A stretch of 64,000 nucleotides of DNA from Chthoniobacteraceae bacterium (GTDB taxonomy: Bacteria; Verrucomicrobiota; Verrucomicrobiia; Chthoniobacterales; Chthoniobacteraceae), in assembly GCA_037190965.1 (NCBI GenBank), contig JBBCKI010000029.1:1-64000 (forward strand). The letters run 5' to 3'. Numbering within the stretch: position 1 is the first letter of the stretch; every line of letters starts with the position of its first letter. The translations under genes and the position numbers were made by a program. The notes beneath the pieces were generated by a model. That model did not search any database and was not told where the DNA came from. It was given only the letters and a program-made list of their open reading frames with translations. Below are positions 47,668 to 55,588 of this stretch, one piece after another.

Positions 47668-48141
47668 TTACCGGTGCCTGCGGTTGAAGTCGGCCCGTTC
47701 CCGTTCCATTTCCCGCTTTACCGCGCTGGTTTTGAGATCCTGGCGCTTGTCGTGCGCCACCTTGCCTTTGCCGATGCCGATCTCGATTTTGACGCGGGCG
47801 TCCTTCCAGTACATCCGCAGGGCCACCAGGGTGTGCCCCGCGATGGAGGTGGCTTCGAAAAGCTTCGCAATCTCCTTCTTATGAAGCAAAAGCCGCCGGG
47901 CTCGCTTGGCTTCGTGTTGCTCGAAGCTGGCGCGGAAGTACGGCTGGATATCGGCCCCATACAGAAAGACCTGTCCATTCTCCACCCGCGCGAAGGCCTG
48001 GTTGAGATTGGCAAAGCCGCCCCGGATCGATTTGACCTCGGTGCCTTTCAGCTCGATCCCGGCCTCGAACCGTTCGAGGATGTGGTAATCGTGCGTGGCG
48101 CGGCGATTGACTGAGATATCGGCGGGCTTGGCCCGTGACAT
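47668..48141 (-). CDS. smpB: SsrA-binding protein
   Basis: NRRATHDY, EAGIELKGTEVKSIR, LLLHKKEI, GKGKVAHDKR. Confidence 0.96.
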   Translation of the reverse strand: MSRAKPADISVNRRATHDYHILERFEAGIELKGTEVKSIRGGFANLNQAFARVENGQVFLYGADIQPYFRASFEQHEAKRARRLLLHKKEIAKLFEATSIAGHTLVALRMYWKDARVKIEIGIGKGKVAHDKRQDLKTSAVKREMERERADFNRRHR

Positions 48142-48152
48142 GGCAGGCGGGA

Positions 48153-48368
48153 TTAAGCGACCTCTTCGGCGGCTTCGAGTTGCTCCCAGCTGAGCTTGCC
48201 TTCGATGATCTCGCGCAGGGCGGTGTCGGCAAAATCGAGGCGGGTGCCAACTTCAACCATCGGGCGATGTCCCTGCGAAAGCTGGCGCACGCGGCGGGAA
48301 ACCACGTTGATCAGAACTTGCTGATTGGGAATCACTTTGCTGGCCTCGTCAAGAAGATGGGTCGTCAT
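48153..48368 (-). CDS. rpoZ: RNA polymerase omega subunit
   Basis: LINVVSRRVRQL..G, ALREIIEGKL. Confidence 0.85.
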   Translation of the reverse strand: MTTHLLDEASKVIPNQQVLINVVSRRVRQLSQGHRPMVEVGTRLDFADTALREIIEGKLSWEQLEAAEEVA

Positions 48369-48474
48369 AGTTCTGAAAAAAGAGCGGCAGATTGGATTGG
48401 GTGTCTTGCTTTGTCAAATGAAGTTTTGCCGCGAGGGCGCCATCCTCGCGGGATATGGGCGTTAAATCTGCGGA

Positions 48475-48924
48475 TCAAGCCGTTCGCCGCTTGAGGGTGA
48501 TCCGCTTGACCCGGGCCTCGTCGTCGGGGCTCCAGGTCGTCACTTCGGGATCGTCTTTGAACGCATTGTGGACGACCCGGCGGTCGTAAGCGTTCATCGG
48601 GTCGAGGTGAAACGGGTTGCCCGTCTCGCGCACGAGTTCCGCGTACTTTCGCACTTGGGCGACCAATCGGTCGTTCCGCATTTCACGAAAATGCTCCACG
48701 TCCACTTGCACTTTCGGCGAACTCGGGTCCTGCACTTGCAGAAGACGATTCAGCAGAAATTGCAGATCGTCGATGGTTTCGCCCTCTTTCCCGATCAGTT
48801 TCTCCTTCTCGGGAGTATAAACCTGGAGCGTCACCATCCCGTCGACTTCGATCTCCTTGATCTCAAACGCGAAACCGAGATACCCGAGCATGGTGTCGAG
48901 GATGTCTTTCGCATTGGGATTCAT
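48475..48924 (-). CDS. Jag/KhpB (EloR)-like KH + R3H RNA-binding protein
   Basis: LIGKEGETIDDLQFL, PMNAYDRRVVH. Lies directly downstream of yidC. Confidence 0.88.
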   Translation of the reverse strand: MNPNAKDILDTMLGYLGFAFEIKEIEVDGMVTLQVYTPEKEKLIGKEGETIDDLQFLLNRLLQVQDPSSPKVQVDVEHFREMRNDRLVAQVRKYAELVRETGNPFHLDPMNAYDRRVVHNAFKDDPEVTTWSPDDEARVKRITLKRRTA

Positions 48925-48980
48925 AGGCTGCCGATCGTCGTTCTATAGCGTCTTTCTATAGGCTGATTCCTTGGGGGTGA

Positions 48981-50702
48981 TCAACGGCGCTTGGATTTCT
49001 TCGCCACGACGGCCTTGGTGAGCGCCGGGGCCTCCTGATTCCGCGTCACGTAGAGCTGAATGATCGAGAGTATATTCTGAACGGTGTAGTAAAGGGCAAG
49101 CGCAGAAGCGAAATTGTAGGTAAAGACCACAAAAATCAGCGGCATGAAAAGGAGGATGCGCTGTTGGGTCGGATCTCCCGATTTCGGCGTAAGCTGCATT
49201 TGCAGCACCATGGTGGCCGCCATGAGGATCGGCAGGATATTCACCGGGAATCCGGCGATGTGGAACACCGTATCGGGCTGCGAAAGGTCGTGGACCCAGA
49301 GGAAATGGCTGTTGCGCAGTTCCACGGCGGCCCCCAGCATGCTGTAAAAGCCGAAGAAGATCGGGATCTGGATCAGCATCGGGAGGCACCCCGCGAACGG
49401 GTTGACGCCATAGTCCTTGTAGAGCTTCATCAGCTCCTGGTTCATCCGGGCGGGATCGTCCTTATACTTCTCCTTGAGCTCCGTCATCTTGGGCTGGAGG
49501 AGCTGCATTTTCTTCATGGAGGCGGTGGCCTTCCCCTGCACGGGCCAGAGAGCGCCACGCACGATGAAGGTCAGTACGACGATCGCCAGCGCGTAGCTGC
49601 CGATGTAGCCTTCCAGCCAGTTCATGCTCCTGAGCAGGAAGATGCAGATGATCTTGAAGAAGCCGAAGTTCATCATCTCCTGCTCGTTATGGCCGAGCTC
49701 GGCCAGACGGCGGTACTCTTTGGGGCCCGCGTAGATGGTCAGCTTTTGCTGTGCGGTGTCGCCGGGATTCAGTTTGAACCCGGGCATCCCGAGCGCCCCC
49801 TGGATGCCATGGATCTCCTTGCCCTCGATCTTTACCGGGAACCGGCTGGCCCAGACGCCCAGGCCCGGGGTTTGCGGGCTGGAAATGAGCGATGTGAAAT
49901 ATTGGTTTTTGACGCCGGCCCAGTTCACGCCACCGGGGGTTTCGAGGTACTGCGATTTGCCGGGAGCGCGCTCGATTCCCGTGAGAGGGATGGTTTTGGC
50001 GTTAAACCAGTTGACGTCGGTGAACGTCGCTTTGCCGTCACGGAACCAGTCCACTCCGGTGTAGTAAGGAAGCTCCGAAGCGTGGATCGGCTCGACGCCT
50101 CCGGCGAAAACGTAGTAACCGAGCTTCTCCACGGCGGCGGGGCCGCGATTGGCAAAGGCGATTTCCAGGCCAACGGTGTATTCCGCCGCGCCTTTCTTTG
50201 TCGAAGGAAGCGTGAACGTTTTGGTGATGTGGAGCCCGTTGGCTTCCGTGCGTTCAGCGATCACCTTGCCGTCCTTAACGGTGACGGTGTAAGGCTCCCT
50301 GTCGGGATCGCCCGGCTGGGAGAGGAGCGCGCCGATCGGGTAACTGGCGTGACCGTTGAGGATGACCTTCTCCCCGGGGGTCGCGCCCTGGTGCTCCAGC
50401 AGCTTAACGGAAGCGATGCCTCCGCCATGGTTTGTAAAGGTGTACTCCGCAGAGCCCGCCGTGAGGGTTTCCAGCTTCTCGGGGACTGCCGGTTCGGTCG
50501 GTTTCGCTTCGGTGACCGATTGGGCGGCGGTCGAAGGGGTGGCCGGTGAAGCCGTTGGAGAGGCGGTCGGGGTAGCCGAGGCCGTAGCGGCGGCTTCGGG
50601 GTGAGCGAGCCGCCATTCACGCGCATCCTTTTGGGTTTTGAATTGCCACCAGACGAGGACGAGCATCGAGAGGGTGACTGCGATAATGCCTTTACGATCC
50701 AT
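48981..50702 (-). CDS. yidC: Membrane protein insertase YidC
   Basis: YAGPK, SMKKMQLLQP, GCLPMLIQIPIFFGFY, FLWVHDLSQPD. Confidence 0.96.
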   Translation of the reverse strand: MDRKGIIAVTLSMLVLVWWQFKTQKDAREWRLAHPEAAATASATPTASPTASPATPSTAAQSVTEAKPTEPAVPEKLETLTAGSAEYTFTNHGGGIASVKLLEHQGATPGEKVILNGHASYPIGALLSQPGDPDREPYTVTVKDGKVIAERTEANGLHITKTFTLPSTKKGAAEYTVGLEIAFANRGPAAVEKLGYYVFAGGVEPIHASELPYYTGVDWFRDGKATFTDVNWFNAKTIPLTGIERAPGKSQYLETPGGVNWAGVKNQYFTSLISSPQTPGLGVWASRFPVKIEGKEIHGIQGALGMPGFKLNPGDTAQQKLTIYAGPKEYRRLAELGHNEQEMMNFGFFKIICIFLLRSMNWLEGYIGSYALAIVVLTFIVRGALWPVQGKATASMKKMQLLQPKMTELKEKYKDDPARMNQELMKLYKDYGVNPFAGCLPMLIQIPIFFGFYSMLGAAVELRNSHFLWVHDLSQPDTVFHIAGFPVNILPILMAATMVLQMQLTPKSGDPTQQRILLFMPLIFVVFTYNFASALALYYTVQNILSIIQLYVTRNQEAPALTKAVVAKKSKRR

Positions 50703-50771
50703 AAATTTTCAAAAAGCCTGGGGGCGGGCAGCAGGGAAGATACGTGGAGAGTGGTCGGTTGTCATCCGAGT

Positions 50772-51035
50772 TTACGCATTGCCGTCCCGCCGCGAGGGAA
50801 GGGAATGCGGGACGGGGTCATAGCCCTGGCCTCCCCATGGGTGGCAGCGCACCAGGCGTTTGATGCCAAGCCAGCCGCCGCGCAATACCCCGAAGCGTTC
50901 CACGGCTTCCGCGCAATAGCGGGAGCAGGTGGGTTCAAAGCGGCAGCCGCCGCCAGGGCCCGAAAGCACCGTAAACAGCGGAGATAGCACCCGTTGATAA
51001 AGAAAAATGAGGGCGAGCACGAGACGTTTTGCCAT
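50772..51035 (-). CDS. yidD: Membrane protein insertion efficiency factor YidD
   Basis: [31 protein letters not shown]. Confidence 0.95.
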   Translation of the reverse strand: MAKRLVLALIFLYQRVLSPLFTVLSGPGGGCRFEPTCSRYCAEAVERFGVLRGGWLGIKRLVRCHPWGGQGYDPVPHSLPSRRDGNA

Positions 51036-51451
51036 CACTCTTCGGGGCTTTCCAAGTGAGAACCGGCGGAGGGGAGGGGGGCTTTTGTCGGAGTTTTCAA
51101 GAGGCCCGCCTTTCGAGCCAGCCTTGCCCATTCCTCCTGAAGGTCCGCAAAGCTGGCGTCAGCCGCGGCGCGTCGGGCGATGACGACAAGCCAGGCATTG
51201 GAAATTAACGCGGGACGGTTCAGGCGAACAATTTCACGGAAGCGCCGCCGTACGCGATTGCGAACCACCGCGCCCCCAACCCGGCGTGATGTGATCAATC
51301 CGGTTTTGGTCGGGGAGGCGGTCTGTGTATCGATGTTCTTCAAGATTCCCAAGATCATGTGCCGGCCGCTATAGGACCGGCCCTCCGTTTTCACGCGGAG
51401 AAACTCCGAGCTGAGGGACAGCCGGATGGACTTGGGGAAAGTCAGCGCCAA
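51035..51451 (-). CDS. rnpA: Ribonuclease P protein component
   Basis: [34 protein letters not shown] start. Confidence 0.95.
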   Translation of the reverse strand: MALTFPKSIRLSLSSEFLRVKTEGRSYSGRHMILGILKNIDTQTASPTKTGLITSRRVGGAVVRNRVRRRFREIVRLNRPALISNAWLVVIARRAAADASFADLQEEWARLARKAGLLKTPTKAPLPSAGSHLESPEE

Positions 51452-51547
51452 AGGTCGTTGCAGAGGTGATTTTTCTCGAAGCCTGCCGGGAGAAAGGGCT
51501 CATGGGAGCCTGCCCGGCACTCCGGGATCCCCCCGGCACACCTCGGC

Positions 51548-51721
51548 CTAAGCCTCGGTGTGGCGCGCGAAGTGGATTTCAACGCCCTTCGGCAGCAAGC
51601 GTTTGCGGCCACGCTGGCGGCGGCGTGCGAGGATAGCGCGTCCGCTCTTGGTTTTCATGCGTGCGCGGAAACCGAACTGCTGCTTGCGCGTCCGCTTGGA
51701 AGGCTGGTAAGTGCGTTTCAT
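51548..51721 (-). CDS. rpmH: 50S ribosomal protein L34
   Basis: [35 protein letters not shown]. Confidence 0.96.
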   Translation of the reverse strand: MKRTYQPSKRTRKQQFGFRARMKTKSGRAILARRRQRGRKRLLPKGVEIHFARHTEA

Positions 51722-51752
51722 AAGAGAAAATTCGTATAGAAAAAGAGCGGAG

Positions 51753-51780
51753 AGTCTACCGGATGGCGTTGCGATGTCAA
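51753..51780 (-). promoter_or_regulatory. Putative sigma70 promoter of the rpmH operon
   Basis: TTGACA-N16-TAGACT on the minus strand. Confidence 0.6.
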
Positions 51781-51861
51781 CAGGTTCGTCAGGTTTTGCC
51801 GGAGGCTTTTTGGGGCCTTTGAGGCTTTCCATTTTGGAGGGGCTGAGGCACCTTTTTACTC

Positions 51862-52449
51862 ATGACAACCTCCCGGAAGCCGGTGGTGCTTGTGCATGGG
51901 CTGAAGGACAGCGCGAGAAAAATGGCGCGGTTGGCGCGGCATCTTGAGGCTGAGGGATGGCGTACTCATTCCTGTGATCTTGTCCCGAGTTCGGGGCAGG
52001 CGGGCGTGGATGTGCTCGCGAGACAGCTTCAGGCGTTTGTCGAAAGCTGTGTGCCCGGGGACGAGTCATTCAATCTCGTGGGCTACAGCATGGGAGGGCT
52101 TGTAGGCCGTTACTATCTCCAGCGCCTCAACGGGCTTTGGAGGGTGAGGCGGTTCGTGACGATCGCCACGCCGCACCGGGGAAGCGTGCTGGCCTATCTC
52201 TATTGGAATGCCGGATTTCGCCAGATGCGCCCCGCCAGCGCTTTTCTCAAGGATCTGGAACGGGATGCAGACTGCCTTCTGTCCACCGGGTTCACCAGCC
52301 TGTGGACGCCGCTTGACGCGATGGTGCTCCCTCCCAGCAGTTCCGTGGTTCCGTCGGCGCGCTGCCGCAGAATCTGGTCTCTCGGACATCCCTTCATGGT
52401 CTGGCAGCGGCATTGCCACAGGGCGGTCGCGGAGGTGCTGGAGGAGTGA
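51862..52449 (+). CDS. Esterase/lipase family alpha/beta hydrolase
   Basis: PVVLVHG, GYSMGG nucleophile elbow, TPHRGS, D...P, H. Confidence 0.9.
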   Translation: MTTSRKPVVLVHGLKDSARKMARLARHLEAEGWRTHSCDLVPSSGQAGVDVLARQLQAFVESCVPGDESFNLVGYSMGGLVGRYYLQRLNGLWRVRRFVTIATPHRGSVLAYLYWNAGFRQMRPASAFLKDLERDADCLLSTGFTSLWTPLDAMVLPPSSSVVPSARCRRIWSLGHPFMVWQRHCHRAVAEVLEE

Positions 52450-52508
52450 TATTTTCGATGCACCGCGCAAATTTCTAAGAAACAACCCCTCTTGAACGTC
52501 ATCTATTT

Positions 52509-54026
52509 ATGAATCATTCCCTCCCATCTCTGCTTGCCGCGCTGGCGGTTTCCGGCGTTACCGCTTTCGCCCAGCCTGCCATCACGGTTTACAACCAGAA
52601 CTTCGCGGTGGTGCGCGACACGGTTTCGCTCGATCTGAAGGAAGGCGTCAACGCGGTTCAGTTTGCGGATACGACGATGCACCTGGAGCCCGATTCCGTG
52701 ATTCTTCGCGATTCGGCAGGAAAGGTCGCATTGCAAATTCTGGAGCAGAACTACCGCAACGACCCCGTCTCGCAAGGGTTGCTCCTCTCCCTCAATGAAG
52801 GAAATATCCTGGATTTTCTGACGGTGACGCAAACCGGCGAGAAGAAAGTCGTGCAGGGCAAGGTGATCCGCAGCGGTTACACGCCTCACAGCGATGCGGT
52901 GATGCGCCGGTACGGGCAGCAGTATTATCAATCGCAGATGGCAATGGCGTCCGGGGCCGGAGCGGGCCAGCCGATCATTGAAGTGGACGGAAAGCTGCAA
53001 TTCAGCCTGCCCGGGCAGCCGCTCTTTCCCGCGCTGGCGGATGATTCAATCCTCAAGCCGACGCTCGACTGGAAGATCCAGGCCAGCGGGCCTGGAAAGG
53101 TGGAGGCCGAGCTGGCGTATATCACCGGCGGCATGACATGGGAGGCCGACTACAACATCGTCTCCCCGGAAAAGGGCGATCTTCTCGACATCGTCGGTTG
53201 GGTGACCATCGATAACCAGAGCGGCAAGACCTTCAAGGAGGCTAAGATCAAGCTGATGGCGGGGGATGTGAGCAAGATCCAGCCGGAAGAGGCGAGGATG
53301 GCTTTTGGAATGGCCGGGGCGAAGCTTGCGCGTGATATGGCCGCTCCCGCCGTCACCGAGAAATCTTTCGACGAATACCACCTCTACACCCTCGAGCGTC
53401 CCGCAACCCTGCGGGACCGCGAGACCAAACAGGTCGAGTTCGTCCGCGCGACGGGCGTCAAGTCTCAGCGGGTCTATATTTATGACGGACTGAAAGTCGA
53501 TTGGAACCAGTGGGGCGGCTATCGGATGCAGAACATCCGCAACAACGAAGAGTTCGGCACCGAATGCAATACGAAGGTGGCGGTCATGCGGGAGTTCAAG
53601 AATTCCAAGGAGAACAACCTAGGGATGCCGCTGCCGAAGGGCCGCCTCCGTTTCTACCGGCAGGACAGCGACCAGCGGCTGGAGTTCACCGGCGAAAACA
53701 CCATCGACCATACGCCGAAGGATGAAACCATCCGTGTCTTCACCGGCAATGCCTTCGATCTCGTCGGCGAGCGGCGCCGGACGAACTGGAGGATCGATAC
53801 CTCGAAGAACACCATCGATGAATCGTTCGAGATTAAACTCCGCAACCACAAGAAGGAGGCGGTCGAAATCCGCATCGTCGAGCATCTCTATCGCTGGTTC
53901 ACCTGGGAAATCACGGCGAACACGGAGCCCTTCGTGAAAACGGCCGCGCAGGTGATGGAGTTCCGCGTCCAGCTCAAGCCGGATGAGGAGAAGGTCGTGA
54001 CCTATACCGTGCACTATTCATGGTAA
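52509..54026 (+). CDS. Secreted DUF4139 (with DUF4140-like N-terminus) protein, copy 1
   Basis: ITVYNQNFAVVRD, YITGGMTWEADY, FDEYHLYTL, LPKGRLRFY, IDHTP. Confidence 0.88.
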   Translation: MNHSLPSLLAALAVSGVTAFAQPAITVYNQNFAVVRDTVSLDLKEGVNAVQFADTTMHLEPDSVILRDSAGKVALQILEQNYRNDPVSQGLLLSLNEGNILDFLTVTQTGEKKVVQGKVIRSGYTPHSDAVMRRYGQQYYQSQMAMASGAGAGQPIIEVDGKLQFSLPGQPLFPALADDSILKPTLDWKIQASGPGKVEAELAYITGGMTWEADYNIVSPEKGDLLDIVGWVTIDNQSGKTFKEAKIKLMAGDVSKIQPEEARMAFGMAGAKLARDMAAPAVTEKSFDEYHLYTLERPATLRDRETKQVEFVRATGVKSQRVYIYDGLKVDWNQWGGYRMQNIRNNEEFGTECNTKVAVMREFKNSKENNLGMPLPKGRLRFYRQDSDQRLEFTGENTIDHTPKDETIRVFTGNAFDLVGERRRTNWRIDTSKNTIDESFEIKLRNHKKEAVEIRIVEHLYRWFTWEITANTEPFVKTAAQVMEFRVQLKPDEEKVVTYTVHYSW

Positions 54027-54061
54027 TCGGTCGCCAAGACATTCGAGCGCTTGTTTGATCT

Positions 54062-55588
54062 ATGAGTCACTCCATCCCCTGCCTTCTTTCGGCGATGATT
54101 GCGATTTCCGGTTTGAGCGCCGTTGCTCAACCGGCCATTACGGTTTACAACCAGAACTTCGCGGTCGTGCGCGACACGGTTTCGCTCGACCTCAAAGGAG
54201 GCGTTAATGCGGTTCAGTTTGCCGATACAACGATGCATCTGGAGCCTGATTCCGTGATCCTGCGCGATCCGGCGGGGAAGGTGGCGTTGCAGATTTTGGA
54301 GCAGAACTATCGGAATGACCCGGTCTCTCAGGGACTGCTCCTTTCGCTCAATGAAGGAAACACGATCGACTTCCAGACCATCACTCAGGAGGGAGAGAAG
54401 AAGATCGTGAAGGGCAAGATTATCCGGAGCGGCTACGTCGCGCATGGCGAGGAGGTGATGCGCCGCTACGGGCAGCCGTATTTTCAAAGGCAGATGGCGG
54501 CAGCCTATGGCGGGGGCGGCACGGGCCAGCCGATCATCGAGGTGGACGGGAAGTTGCAATTCAGCCTGCCCGGGCAGCCGCTCTTCCCCGCGCTGGCGGA
54601 TGACACAAACCTCAAGCCGACGCTCGACTGGAAGATCCAGGCCAGCGCGCCCGGCAAGCTGGAGGCGGAGTTGGCCTACATCACCGGCGGGATGACGTGG
54701 GAGGCCGACTACAACATCGTCTCTCCTGAAAAGGGAGATCTTCTCGATATCGTCGGATGGGTGACGATCGATAACCAGAGCGGCAAGACTTTCAAGGAAG
54801 CGAAGATCAAGCTGATGGCGGGAGATGTGAGCAAGATCCAGCCGGCGGACGGGTTTATTTATTACGGCGCTCTCACGGCCAGTAATTTAAGGTCGAACGC
54901 ACCCGCGCCGGTGACGGAAAAGTCATTCGACGAATACCATCTTTACACCTTGGAACGCCCGGCAACCCTACGCGACCGCGAAACCAAGCAGGTCGAGTTC
55001 GTTCGCGCGGCGGGTGTCAAATCTCAGCGGGTCTATATTTATGACGGCCTGAAAGTCGATTGGAACCAGTGGGGCGGCCATCGGATGCAGAACATCCGCA
55101 ACAATGAGGAGTTCGGTACGGAGTTCGAAACCAAGGTGGCGGTCATGCGGGAGTTCAAGAACTCCAAGGAGAACAACCTCGGGATGCCGCTGCCGAAGGG
55201 TCGCCTTCGTTTTTACCGGCAGGACGATGGGGACAAGCGGCTGGAATTCACCGGCGAAAACACCATCGACCATACGCCGAAGGATGAAACCATCCGTGTC
55301 TTCACCGGCAATGCCTTCGATCTCGTCGGCGAGCGCCGCCGGACGAACTGGAAAATCGATACCTCGAAGAACACCATCGACGAATCGTTCGAGATCAAAC
55401 TTCGCAACCACAAGAAGGAGGCGGTCGAAATCCGCATCGTCGAGCATCTTTACCGCTGGCTGACCTGGGAAATCACGGCGAACACGGATCCGTTCGTCAA
55501 AACTGCCGCGCAGGTAATGGAATTCCGCGTCCAACTCAAGCCGGATGAGGAGAAGGTCGTGACCTATACCGTGTACTATTCATGGTAA
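54062..55588 (+). CDS. Secreted DUF4139 protein, copy 2 (tandem paralogue)
   Basis: Near-identical to 52509..54026 except in the signal peptide and two internal segments. Confidence 0.88.
   Translation: MSHSIPCLLSAMIAISGLSAVAQPAITVYNQNFAVVRDTVSLDLKGGVNAVQFADTTMHLEPDSVILRDPAGKVALQILEQNYRNDPVSQGLLLSLNEGNTIDFQTITQEGEKKIVKGKIIRSGYVAHGEEVMRRYGQPYFQRQMAAAYGGGGTGQPIIEVDGKLQFSLPGQPLFPALADDTNLKPTLDWKIQASAPGKLEAELAYITGGMTWEADYNIVSPEKGDLLDIVGWVTIDNQSGKTFKEAKIKLMAGDVSKIQPADGFIYYGALTASNLRSNAPAPVTEKSFDEYHLYTLERPATLRDRETKQVEFVRAAGVKSQRVYIYDGLKVDWNQWGGHRMQNIRNNEEFGTEFETKVAVMREFKNSKENNLGMPLPKGRLRFYRQDDGDKRLEFTGENTIDHTPKDETIRVFTGNAFDLVGERRRTNWKIDTSKNTIDESFEIKLRNHKKEAVEIRIVEHLYRWLTWEITANTDPFVKTAAQVMEFRVQLKPDEEKVVTYTVYYSW

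Noticed and set aside
51722..51861. oriC next to rpmH
   Set aside because: Short intergenic region with no dnaA gene and no TTATCCACA boxes seen by eye.
52509..55588. DUF4139 duplication as a diversity-generating retroelement TR/VR pair
   Set aside because: No reverse transcriptase in the window, differences are not adenine-specific, and both copies are full-length genes.
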